NCBI RefSeq assembly: GCF_036321535.1
Contig: NC_087437.1
Span: forward strand, 53,942,001-54,006,000
Origin: Camelus dromedarius
Taxonomy: Eukaryota
DNA length: 64,000 nucleotides
Reading direction: 5' to 3'
A program made the position numbers and the translations under genes. Below, piece after piece: positions 38,221 to 50,269 of the stretch. Position 1 is the first letter of the stretch, and every line of letters starts with the position of its first letter. Under the pieces are notes generated by a model that ran no database searches, was not told where the DNA came from, and saw nothing but the letters and a program-made list of their open reading frames with translations.

Positions 38221-38669
38221 CTTAGCACCATTCACTCAGCCAGTTCACATGCATTGGCTTATTTAATCTGGTTTATAAAGAAAGCTAAAACCAAAGCCCA
38301 GAGGCAAGAAGGAAAGTCACTGTAAGTCATACAACTAGTAGCAAGGTTCAAACCTGTGCCTTCTGACTTCAAGTTCAGCATGGACTCAGTACGTCAGGCC
38401 AGTTAAGGGACTGCCCCCAGGAATGTCTGGTGGGAATACACTGGTCTGGCGTGATTCTGCTCTCCCTTCTCTGTGCCCTTTCTCCTTGTTTAACAGTTCC
38501 CTTTTCTCCACAGCTTTTCCTCCTCGTCCCATCTCACTCCCAGGTGTCCATCCCTACTCTCAGTCCTGCTGGGATGATCTGAGCAGTGACTAACCACTCG
38601 GCGGGAATCAGCATTGTGGGCAGCCTCCCCGTGGAATAATGTTCTCTTTGAAAGAACATTGGCAAATGA

Positions 38670-38770
38670 GGTAAAATGCGAACAATTGGTGCATCGTGGT
38701 GAGGAGTATATGGGAGTCTCTTGTACTTGAAGTTTTCTGTAAGTCTGAAATATCAAAATAAAAAGTTACA
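38670..38770 (+). mobile_element. Old L1 (L1MC/ME) extreme 3' end
   Basis: 'ggtgaggagtatatgggagtctcttgtac...ttttctgtaagtctgaaatatcaaaataaaaagtta'. Confidence 0.7.
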
Positions 38771-38968
38771 AGAAGAGAAGGGGAGGAGGAAGAAGGGGAG
38801 AAGAAAGTATTGGCAGCATTTAGTATAGATTAAATGTCTCTGGTGATGAACCCATAGCCTCAAGGTCTGGAAGCCTGAGTCTGGTCCTGACTCAGCCATC
38901 GCTCTGCTCTGAGACATTGGCCAAGCCACTCCCTGTTTTGGTAAATGAGGGGGCTGATGTGGATCATC

Positions 38969-39230
38969 TGTGTAGTGTTTATTTGTTGCTGCCCCAACTC
39001 TTAGTGGCTTAAAACAAAACTGTATTATTATCTTTCATCGTTCTTTGGACTAACTTGGCTCAGCTGGGTGATTCTCACCTGGGGGACTCATGGGGTTGCA
39101 GTCAGATAGAAGTCGGGCTTGGCATACCTGGCTCAATGGGCTGGACATCCAAGGTGTGGCTTACGTGCCTTGCAGTTCATCCTGCCTATCGGCTGGGAGC
39201 CTAGATGGGGTTGTTGACTCAGGATACTTA
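38969..39230 (-). mobile_element. MLT1 (H/J-like) MaLR LTR fragment, preceded by a MIR remnant (~38850-38968)
   Basis: 'cttagtggcttaaaacaa...ggctcagctgggtgattct...gggctggacatccaag...ggctgggagcctagatgggg'. Confidence 0.8.
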
Positions 39231-39759
39231 TACTTGAGTATCTTATTAAATAGACACAATGAGGGCATGCATTTTTTAAGGATGTCTTTCATAAATTAGA
39301 AGTTTTACACTCATGTGAATAGTTCTTATTGCGATTATTTACGTACTGCTGACTACTGGCTGTTAGCACCTTGCTAACCGCCATCCTATCAGTGACTGGA
39401 TGTTTCTCCTGACTACTTCCTGTCTGTGTTGGCAGGTTTTTAGTGCCCAGTGACTCAGTCGAGATGCAGCTACCTAGGAATCCCTGGGTAAGCGGCAAGG
39501 GGAAAATACTTAGGAAAAATTGTGTGGGATTTGCATTTATAAAAACTGTGACTGTTCTTAAACATTGGTCACTCTAATAGGGTAGGTAAGTGCAACTACA
39601 TTCCCAAACACATCCTCTTTCACACTCTTCCTGTGATGGGTGAGGAAAATATACTGTGTTTTGGGCTTGCCCAGAAACCTGTTAGAGTCAGAGAAGTCCA
39701 CAGGCAGAGAGCTCACGTCCATTTGAGAAGGTTTACTCCTGCTTTTTAGTTTATGTCCT

Positions 39760-40560
39760 TGTTTTAATCAGTTACACATTTACATTTAGAGTAGATGATT
39801 CCACAAGATTTGTTTCAGAAAGGAGTAGTCCTCCACTCCTCCAACCTTATATGGTCCCCTCCTTAGAGTCAACTGCTTTTAATTATTTCAGCTAGGTTTT
39901 TGTTTTGTCTTGTATTTATTCTAGATATTACTACGTCTTGATTTTTCAGTTTTCTCCCTCTTCCATTATCAGATATACACATCCTTTCAGCCTACCCAAA
40001 TATTCTCATGACAGTTACATCCTAACTTGGTTTAGGTCAGTGTTCTGTTTTTTATTACACCTATACAAACACTCTTCCCAGCTGAATACACATATTTTCT
40101 CGTCCTTGTTTTCATTATGGTACCCTACTGTCAACTGTGCCCAGGATCCTCTAGTCCAGGGAGCAACTGTTTTATTCTATCCAGAGAATACATTTCCAGT
40201 CTTCTACCACAGTGGGGAAGGTGTACACTTGAGGGAGGGGATCTAGAGATTTAACTATGTCATAAACAGACATGTAAGCAAGCCTATTCACTCCAAAGTC
40301 CTGAGGTACTTGGTGTGAATTCATTTTTTGAGGGGTTCTGCATGTAAATGGGTTCTTTTTCCACTTTTACCAGTGCTGGCTTAAGATTCAGCTTTTCCTG
40401 GGCTGCTATGTTAATTAGCACTCATTTATTTGCATTTCACTTCCTGAAATTTCATTGCTTGCAACTCTGTCTCTTTACTTTCTCTAGTCCTATGGATTTT
40501 TTCCTCTTAAGATACCTCTCTTCACTGTTGTTTAAATAGAATTTGGGACTGGAGCAAAAC
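39760..40560 (-). mobile_element. Very old L1ME-type fragments
   Basis: T-rich antisense L1-like text ('cccctccttagagtcaactgcttttaattatttcagct'); weak. Confidence 0.4.
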
Positions 40561-40799
40561 AACATACATGTTTTCAACCCACCATTTTTACCAAATGTTC
40601 TCTGAGGAAGCTGTCTTGAATTAGGAAGATTGGGGACAAAAACAGAAAAATCCAGATCACAATATTTCCTCAGGCTTAAAGGGACTGGATTTGGGGGCCA
40701 AATCCACATTCCAATTTTCTTTCTCAGTTTGTGGACTTGTGAAAGTATTGAGGACACCACAGTATTATTACCCTCACCCCTGTCAAGAGGACAGTAGCC

Positions 40800-41005
40800 A
40801 CGATTCACCGAGTGGTTACCCCATGCCAAGCACTTTACAGACCACCTCATTTAATCCTCATAGTGACTGCATAAGGTAGGGAGTTTTAATAGTCTCATTT
40901 TAAAGATGAGGAGAATAATGCTTGGAGTGATGAAACAACTTGCCCAAGGTCTTAAAGCTATAGATTGGAGGAATCAGGATTCAAACCCAGGTCTGTCCAG
41001 CTAGG
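40800..41005 (-). mobile_element. MIR SINE
   Basis: 'cctcatttaatcctca...cattttaaagatgaggag...aacttgcccaaggtc...ggattcaaacccaggtctg'. Confidence 0.92.
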
Positions 41006-43089
41006 AGTTGCTGTGTGATGAGGTTTCTGCTTGTCGCAGGCTATTGCTGCCTTGGCAGGTGCAGCTTTTGACTACCATCACACAGCATCCCCACCATCGC
41101 CACTGCTGTGTGTGTCCCCCACAGCATCGATTTCACACAATGTACCTAACAAGTGTAAAAATCCCTGAAAGGCAACATTCTTGCAAGAGGAATTAGAAAT
41201 CAGAGGGACATCATGGTTGTACAGAGGGGAGGCACTGTGGCACAAGCATGGAAAACACTGTCCATATCAAATTTTTTTTCTCCCTGAAGTACAGTCTCAA
41301 TTATTCCTAGAGTGTACCCAACAAGTTGATATTTGGCACATGCATCAATTGGAGGTATGCATCCTGCTCGGAGCCAACCACTACTATGACAACAGGCTTC
41401 TTTATTTTCTTCTGAATGAATGTTATAATTGGCTGTCACATGAAATCAGTTACAGCAACTGACATCATTGTCAGACCATCTAACCATTTAACCCTCTAGT
41501 CATTTATGATTTCTTAGTGGCAGGAAGCAGCAATGGGAGTCTTGGCTAAGTGGGTGTCTCCAGATCAGGGAAGGCAATTCAAGGATGAGAGTCTTAATGA
41601 GAAGCAACTTCTCGTTAAGGCAACCTCGCTCTAATTAGATGCTGCCTCACTTTCACACATATAAGGGAAATCAGGCTCTGCAAAAGGAACCATGTTTACT
41701 GAGAGGTGGTTGACTCAGAAGAATATTATTGGTTTACTTCTCCAGGCATGAGGAACCATTAAAAGTCAGATGCTGCATGTTGTATAGGCCAAGTTTGGTC
41801 TAAGGATGGGTATGTTGGTTTTACTTGATCTGCAGCTGGAAAAGCAAAATTAGGGATGCAAAACTAAATTCCTGAACTGCCTAATTGTGCCAGGCAACCT
41901 GTTAAACACTATCATAAATGCCCATTAAAACCTCACATATAACTCAAGGCAAGGCAAAAGAAGTCTGCAAAGGAGACTAAGTACATAATATGTATTTTCA
42001 TTTTAATAAAGATGAAACTAGGGCTCAGTAAAAACCAGGAATGCTTTCTACCTGGATACGTACTCTAGAAATCCATGTCAGATGCCAAGAAAAAAAAAAA
42101 AATGATGATGAGAAATAAATAGGAATAATTGGGATTTCCCTGATTTATATAACTTTCACAAATATACTGCCAACTCCTGGCTGTCCAGTGGTCCACCCAG
42201 CACTGATAGTATTTGGAGAGAATATAGGAATCCAGGAGGGGAGGAATTAGAGATAGGTCAGCCTTCGTGCGGTGATACGATCACTGATTACCCCTAGATC
42301 CACAGCAATGGTAATGCTGAGGGGATGCAGAGGCCATGTGCTCCTACTCTTCATTTTACAGAGGAGAAAAAAGCCCTGTTGGTGTGTTGCAAGAGTCACT
42401 TGCCCAGCTCATAGGACAAGTAATCATCAGAGACAGAAAGCAGATTTCAAAAGCCAAGATGCTTTTCCTGTTACATGACCTCCTGGGGGTGTTATATCAG
42501 GATTTCTTATATAAACTCTCTGCCCAAAAGAATGTTTGCCTGGGTTCTCTCATAGTAGAATTTTAGATAATGTTTTAGGTGAGAAGTATTTATTCAGAGA
42601 TGCCTTTACTTCACCTTTCCAACAATATCAGATAGACAGCCATTTAATCCGTCTACACATACTAATCTGTCTAACTTGACTGTGAAAACGTAAGCATTCT
42701 ATATTCCAGTCAGGAGACAGTCATGATCATTATCCACATCATTCTTTTTCCAGTCTGATGCACTGATTAAAAATTCTGTGATTTTATATCATTTTTCTGT
42801 GTTGACTCTCAGGCCTATCAAACACCTGCAGATAAAGATTTGCTCATACAAGGGTTGTCATTTGCTTCTCAGAGTTACATTCCATTTTGATAGACTTCAC
42901 AGATATGCATTGGAAATAAGTGTTCTTCTATATCCCTAATATTAAGACCTTTTCTCTTAGTTTTTACTGGGAAAATGTGTAGCAAAGACATTAAGTTATT
43001 TTTCTTTAAATAAATCTGATAAAGGGAAGACTGGACAGAGAGTTTGGAAGCTGCATATTATTCTTCCCTTATTCTTAGACTTATATACT

Positions 43090-43295
43090 TACTTCAACTG
43101 GAAAGAGAAGCTGGGCTTGAACACAATTCCTGATAATAATTTGACTATGAAAAAACCATTTAAAGTTTCTGAGCCTTAGTTTTTTAAAAATCTTTTAGTT
43201 GAGGATAATAAAACCTACTTCAAGGTGGGAAGGTTGATAGGATTAAATTAAATCATATTTACAAAAGGGCACTGCAATTTATCAGAGACATAATA
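43090..43295 (+). mobile_element. MIR SINE
   Basis: 'tttctgagccttagttttt...gaggataataaaacctacttcaagg...aggattaaattaaatcata'. Confidence 0.7.
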
Positions 43296-43419
43296 GATGA
43301 TAGATGACTGCTTAAGGTAGTTAACTGTTCTGAGTGCCTAACATGTCAGCCACTGTGGTAAGAGCAGAGGTGTTAGAAGAGTTAATAGTGACACTAAATA
43401 AAAAATTAGTATTAATGGC

Positions 43420-44660
43420 TACAAATATTCAACAAATCTCCTTGGGCACCCGACAAGGTATCATGCCCTGTGACAGGCAGTAGGCAGTCCCTGCCCTCAA
43501 GCTGCTCACAGTCTCATTTGAGGAGGCAGAAGTAAATAGGCAGTTATAGTATAGTGTAATCAGTACTACTAAGGGCTGAGGAACAGGGGAGGAGGACTTA
43601 ATCCAGATTTGAGATGTCAGGGAGGGCTTCACTAAAGAAGTGATGGCACAAGAAGCAGACAGAGGGGGACAGCAGTTGAGGAAGACAGAACAATTTCCAC
43701 CAAGTCCTAAAAGTAAAAGAGAACATGAAACATTCAAGGATTGTTAGTTATTTAATGGGTAAAATGAAAATTGGAGGCAGCAAATGATGAGAGATGCTGG
43801 TGCAGCAGTAAGAAAAGGCTGGATTATTAAAGATCATAGGAAGTTTAAGAGACTTAGACTTTAAAGAAAACGAAGAGACATTAACCATGGGGAGTAGCAT
43901 TATCAGATTAAAGCTTTAGACAGTCACTCTGGTTTCAGTGTGGACAATGGACTGAGTAACCATGGAGGGACCAGGAGGCACTGCTGAGGTCCAGGTAAGG
44001 CATGGCAGGTGTGTAGACTAGGAGAGCTAGTTTGCCATATGCTGCCTCCTGGTAGATTTTCTCCTTAGCTCTGTCAATTCTGTAGTCACACTGCTGCATC
44101 TGTGACTGTGGAAGGTGCCTCATCTTCGGACTCTCAGGAGTCGGGCCAGGTGCACAAGGTCATTGCCTGAGTGAAGGGGGGGGGCGTGTTTCATGCCCTG
44201 TGGGATGAGAGTGACACTGAGTTAGAGGAGGTGGAGGGCTGGAGGGAGGAGGGGAAACTTAGAGCAACTACACCCTTGAGCCATTTCGCAGCATCATTGG
44301 TTGTTCCTTTCTAACAAAACTTAAGGGTTTTAGGAGTGTCTTTTTTTTTTTTTTTTGTATATTTCAAAAAAAAAGCTAAGTCAGTTCTACTAATGAAAGC
44401 ATCTTCCAAACCCCATTTTCTTTGGTTTAAAAGGAAATCAATTAAGAAAAAAAAAAAGTAGGAAGGAGAGAAGGTGACAGACTTGAGAGAAGTTTGAAAA
44501 TATTTAGTGACTGCGTAGAACTGGGAGAGTCAAGCAGACTCAAGTGGCTGGATGAACACTGGTGCCGTTCACTTAGAAGGGAATCCAGGAAGAGAAGCTG
44601 GTGCAGGGTTGGGAGGTGGAAAAGGGAGTCTAAGTCCCAGGTATGCTGGGCTTTAAATCT
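43420..44660 (-). mobile_element. L2 element interrupted at ~44027-44460 by the inverted duplicate
   Basis: 'atattcaacaaat...cagtccctgccctcaagctgctcacagtct...gtccaggtaagg...gactaggagag' resumes as 'ggagagaaggtgacagacttgagaga...ggtgccgttcact'. Confidence 0.8.
44029..44460 (-). repeat. Arm 2 (probable derived copy) of the inverted duplication
   Basis: Reverse complement aligns to 35022-35442; includes the 38-bp identical block 'ccttccacagtcacagatgcagcagtgtgactacagaa'. Confidence 0.95.
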
Positions 44661-45954
44661 GGAAATAGGCAGGAATAGCTGAAAATCTGTTTCTATAGAG
44701 TAGAGATCTAACAGCGGACCATATGCGGACAAAAGGGGTGGACTGGCTACGAGACAGGGCTAAACAAGTTGACACTTGTAAGAGGATGGCCTCTTAGAGG
44801 TTTATGTGCGCCTGAAGGACCAAGAAGGCAAGAACATTCAGGTGAAGGTTTTTAAACTAACCTAACCTCATGTTAAGTGGCTAGGTCTGCAACATATCCT
44901 ATGTCTCATGGCAGAAGTAATATGGAACCATCAGTACAGGTATAAGGTAGTGTGATGTGGCTGCATCACCTTCTGCACACCCTCTAACTACAGGACCCTT
45001 AAACATGGTGTCTAAAGAAACTTTTTTTTTTTTTTTTGTATGCTTAGAAGGAAAGGGAAGATGAGGAAACAATGTGTCAGGTTTGATGCTCAGTAAGACA
45101 GAAATAACCCTGGCTTAGTCAACTTTCCCTGAGTATAGCTATCTAATGCCACCTTTCTCTGGGTAATTAAATAAAACAGTCAAATTTGGACTGCCCCCCA
45201 GCAAGTCTCAATATATAACTATATCTATGCCCTGGAGACTTTTTATCTCAGGACTTTATAAAGAAAAAGAAAAATTTAATTGAGACTGACCAAACTGACT
45301 CAAAGAATTAAAAACTATGTACTTTTTCTGTAAGATTTACTGAAATGTAAATTTGGATACAATGTGTTCCTGGCATTCATTTCTGATCCTTCATCACAAA
45401 GAAATAGGTAATAGTGAGGCTAAAAGAAGATGCTTATTTGTCCTGATTCTGCTGCTTCTGGAATAATTCATGTTGTATCATTAGTTGTCTTGGTGTCCCC
45501 CAAACTGCCCTCTGCTACACATTCTGCAATGAAATGACAAGGTTCTTCAAAAGAAGAAACTTTATTTTGATTAGCAGAAATGGTCCTAAGTTTTGCTTAT
45601 GGGTTTGCTCAAAATACTTTGGAAGCTTTGATTCCCTCTAATTTTTTTCCCATAAAACCCATGTCACTAATTAATTACTACCCTGTGAATGACTTCTAAA
45701 TGGAGGTTTTGAAGCATAGTGACTCAGTGTCTCTCTGTGCATTCATATCTGTGTACTGGATCCTATTCCTAAGTGCTCCGCCCAGTTGCTACTTAAAGAG
45801 AAAAGTGTTGCACTCCTTATCATTTTAGCAGGAAGAATGACTTTTGATTGTATCTGAGCTGAAACTCTCACCGTCGGGCAGAACTGTGATCCATTACCAT
45901 ATACCTTCTGTCTCACTATGAGTGCTTCCTGGCTGAGCAGGCTGGGGCAGGTAT

Positions 45955-46450
45955 AGTCTTATGTGGCCCACCATGTCACAGTACCTCATTTAGCCCCTGC
46001 AATCCCCCTTTTCCCAGAAGTGAAAATTAAACCCCAGAGATATCACACAATTTACTTTTCCCAAAATAGCAAAATTTCTAAGAATTGGTAAAACTGGAAT
46101 TCAGATACAGCTTTGTTAAAATCTAAGATCCATGATTCTTTCCTTTCCACTTGCATAAGGTACAGTAGCTGAAGAGACAATGGACAAAGAGTATGATGTG
46201 ACAGGAGGTGCACTGGACTGAGTAACCAGAAGATTGGGACCAGCTCTTGTTCAGAAAGTCATGAGTTCCATGAGCTGGCCAGTTAATTTCCATTTTTAAA
46301 CCAATTCAAATATTTATAAAATGGAAATAGCATTTGTTCCCAGAGAGTCATTCTGCAAAGAATATAATGGGTGGGATGAAAACGTATCAATTTTAACACC
46401 CTATATAAATTTAAGAAGCATTTCTATAATTCAATACTATTACTACTACT
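45955..46450. mobile_element. Two degenerate MIRs back-to-back (- ~45955-46150, + ~46180-46450) ending in (TAC)n
   Basis: 'cctcatttagccc...ggaattcagatacag'; 'gcactggactgagtaaccagaaga...ttataaaatggaaatagcatt'. Confidence 0.55.
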
Positions 46451-46779
46451 ACTGTCACTATCACAATCCTTATCATGATTTTGGATGATTATTTTTCTAT
46501 TTAAACGTAAGTAAACATTAAAAAAATGTTAACCATAAGGATAAGTGGTATTGAGGGAGCAATGGTGCTAAAAGGTAGACTCCTTTGAATATATTTTACT
46601 TGTAGACTTGACTTTAGTGCTATACAAATATATGGTTTTAAAATAACATTTAATTTTTTAAATAAATTAAATTGAAAACAACAAAATAAATGAAACTACT
46701 CTACATCTATTGATGACATAATTGTAGAGACAAATTACTTCAAGATAATATAAACCACATAAATTTGATTGTGATAACA

Positions 46780-48090
46780 TATTTGCAAACATATTTGCAA
46801 AGCACACATTTGATAAAGGACTATTATCCAAAATACACAAAGAACTCTTAAAATTCAACAGTAAGAAAACAACTGATTTAAAAAATGGGCAAAGACATTG
46901 ACACCCCACCAAAGAAGATAAACAGATGGAAAATAAGCATATGGAAAGATACTCCACACCATAAGTCATTAGAGAAATGCAAATTATAGGAAATTTCCAC
47001 TATACACCTATTAGAATGGCCAAAATCTGGAGTACTAAGTGCTGCAAATGCTGATAAGTTTGTGGTACAAGAGGAACTCTCATTCCTTGTTAATAAGAGT
47101 GCTCCTTGGTATTTACTCAAAGGAGTTCAAAGTTTAGTCCACAGAGAGGGGTACTCATAGATGTTTATAACAGTTTTATTCATAACTACCAAAACTTGGA
47201 AGCAACCAAGATGTTCTTTAGTAGGTGAGTTGATAAATAAACTTTGGTACATTACAGACAACAGAACATTATTCAGCACTAAAAAGAAATGTGTTATCTG
47301 TGTCTTTTTTTAGATTCACCATAAATTTACAGTTACCAAAGTGCAAAGGAAGTGGAGAGATAAATTAGAAGTTTGGGATTAGCAGATACAAACTACTATA
47401 TACAGAATAGATAAACAACAAGGTCCTACTGTATAGCACAGAGAACTATATTAAATAGCTTGTAATAACCTATAATGAAAAAGAACATATATACATACAA
47501 CTGAATTACTATTCTGTACAACAGAAACTAACACAACATTGAAAATCAACTAACTATACTTTGATTTTTAAAAAAAATGAGCTATGAAGCTATAAAAAGA
47601 CACAGAGGAAAGAAATGCTTATTACTAAGTAAAAGAAACCAATCTGAAAAGGCTATATATACTGTATGACTCCCACTATATGACATTCTGGAAAAGGCAA
47701 AACTATGGAGACAGTAACAAAGATCAGTTGTTGTCAGGAGTTGGGGTAGTAAAGGGAGAATAAATAGGCTGAAGACAAAGGATTTTTAGAGCCATGAAAA
47801 TAGTCCATGTAGCACCATACTAATGGATTCATGTCACATACATTTGTCCAGGTGTATAGAATGTGTAACACCAAGACTGAACCCTAGTGTAAACTACACA
47901 CCTTGGGTGATAATGATGTGTCAATGCAGGTTCATCAACTGTGACAAGTGTATCACACAGGTGGGGGATGTTGATGGTGTGGGAGGCTGTGCATGTGTAG
48001 GGGGCAAGGAGCACATAGGACATCGCTGTACTTCCCCTCAGTTTTGCTATCAACCTAAAAGTGCTCTAAAATATAAAGTCTTAAGAAAAA
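46780..48090 (+). mobile_element. L1MC1/2-like ORF2 end plus 3'UTR, interrupted by a younger L1
   Basis: 'tatccaaaatacacaaagaactcttaaaattcaac'; 3'UTR 'tgacattctggaaaaggcaaaactatggagacag', 'gaaccctagtgtaaactac', 'ggttcatcaactgtgacaagtgta'. Confidence 0.9.
47299..47575 (+). mobile_element. Younger cetartiodactyl-type L1 3'UTR with a short 5' inversion
   Basis: 'aaggtcctactgtatagcacagagaactatatt...cttgtaataacctataatgaaaaagaa', A tail, degenerate TSD aaatgtgttat/aaatgagctat. Confidence 0.85.
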
Positions 48091-48109
48091 TTTTAGAAAC
48101 ATTAAATAA

Positions 48110-49380
48110 AAACAGAACAGAGGGAACAGAAGGGTATGAGGAAACTTTGGGGTAATGGAAATGTCCTATATCTCGATGATGATGATGGTTTTACCACTGT
48201 ATACATCTGTCAAAACTCATAACTTATACTTTAAATGAGTTCAGTTTATTCTACACTAATTATACTTCAGTAAAATTGTTTTTAAAAGTGCACATAAATT
48301 TGGAGTAGTAAAACAATTTCTTTCTGAACATAATTATGAGGAAAGAAATTTTACTGGCTCTGTATCAACTGATATAATTTGCACTTTAAAAATTATCTTT
48401 CAAGAATTGGATTAAAAATGCATTAAACACTAAATAATGAATCCCTTCAGTGTATATCACTGTGGTCAGTTTGTCACAAATTTAATTTATGAAAAAATTA
48501 TTTTCTAATTTTCTTTTATACAAAGGAAAAAACAAAGGAGAAATAAAGGTAAACTAATTTATTAACAAGAACTTTGAAAAAAAAAGTTTAAAGTTTACTT
48601 AAATACCAAATACTTCTTTTAAAGTGTTAAGAATTGAAAATAATGGAAAAGCTGTCTATTATGAGTAAGCAGAGCTTTATTCATAAATAAACAAGCACAG
48701 AATAAGTAGAGCAGTGAAGAACTTTAAGTTCAGAGTCCTGTAGGAACATAGAATGCCAAGGAACATGGAGAAAAAGTCAAATTTGGGAAATTTAGAAAAC
48801 AAACAAAATTCCCAGTGACAGAGAATTTATTGCATGTATTTATATGTGTTTGTGTGATTACACTGTTAAGATTAAAAGAAATGGTTAAAATATGCTATGT
48901 AAAATGTGAAGTAATTTTGATTTATACACAAGAAAAATGCTTGGGAATTAATATAACAAAATGAAAATGAGAACTGTCTCTAGGTAGGAGGGATATAGGT
49001 GATTTTAAGATTCTTATTCTTTTTGTTGATCTGTATATTCTGATTTATCTACAGTGAGCATGTGTTTCTTACATAATCAAAGTAGTGATTAAAAGAAATT
49101 TAAATTGTTTTAATACAAATTATACTACAAAAATAGTGCTAAGAAGTCCTTATCTCATAGAAATACATACTGACATATTAATGGGCAAAATATTCTGATA
49201 TCTGGGATTTATTTAAAATAACATGGAAGAGGAGGAGGTAGAATAGTGGCTTAGGGAAAACAAAATTGGCCACAGGTTGATAGTTGCTGAAGCTGGATGA
49301 TGGGTATATGGAGGTCCATTATATTCTTCTGTCTTCCTTTGTATACGTTTAAAATTCTCCACAACGAAAGGTATAAAAGG
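48110..49380 (+). mobile_element. Cluster of old L1MD/ME/MC 3'UTR fragments
   Basis: 'gaggaaactttggggtaatggaaatgtcctatatct...gtcaaaactcat' (48130-48290); 'gatagttgctgaagctggatgatgggtatatggaggtccattatatt' (49280-49370). Confidence 0.7.
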
Positions 49381-49539
49381 CAAGCTGGCCAAATAGTTTT
49401 GATAAAGCAATCAATTTTTACAATGCCAAAGGCAAGCTAATTCAGAGATGTCACCAAGAGGCCTTTCCAAGAAGGGCCCCCAGGAAATGCCAAGCAGTGC
49501 ACAGCATCCTCCTTTGAAACCACCTGAGCATCACCATTA

Positions 49540-49815
49540 CATCACGTACTTCAGGCCATGCCACAGCTTCTTCTCCAAGAGCCAAGTGTCCCTTTCCCTG
49601 TGAAGCCTTCCTGGCTGTACCACTGCCTCCAGCTTAAACTAATTATTCCTTCCAAGGTGCCTCGACCAAAGCATGTTTACCTGGGTTGACTGGGTTAGTT
49701 ATAATGATACCTGACTTCTTGACCCCACTGTAAGCCCCTCACGTGCATAACTCATCTCTGTATCCCTCGGACAGAATCCTTATGGTTGCTAAATAAACAT
49801 TTGTGGAATGAGTCT
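49540..49815 (+). mobile_element. L2 3' fragment
   Basis: 'ccctgtgaagccttcc...catctctgtatccc...ataaacatttgtggaatga'. Confidence 0.6.
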
Positions 49816-50269
49816 CTTTCTCTGACTGTCTTCCTCATTTGTATGCATGAGTCAGATTTCTCAGGATCAGAAATTTGTGTGATCCTTTTAGGCCCCTGAA
49901 AGACTGTCACTTCAGGATTACTTTGGCTCCCAGCAAAAGGATGAGTACCTGTTTATCGTACCTCTGCAAAGGAAATGGTATGATTCCTTTGTCTCATATA
50001 AGAGTAGTGGAGCCCAGGAAATGTCTCAGATATCCTAGAATAGGAAACTTGAAAGTAAATACAAACAGAAAAATGGAGAACTATAAAAAAAACTATACAA
50101 AAAATATTTCTAACACAGTTTTAATTTAAGCTGAAAAACATCCTTAAGAATAAGACTTTCTCCTCCGAATTCTCTCTCCCACTATTCTCTCAAAAGTGAA
50201 ATTGTTATTTTCCATCAATAAAGTGTGTAAAATTCGAGTCTTCCCAAACTAATCTGTCCACTGGTCCTC

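Noticed and set aside
44029..44460. Processed pseudogene (apparent polyA, short frames ending ...VVTLLHL* or ...VHKVIA*)
   Set aside because: Explained as an inverted copy of 35022-35442, which shares the T/A tract; no TSD and no recognisable parent gene
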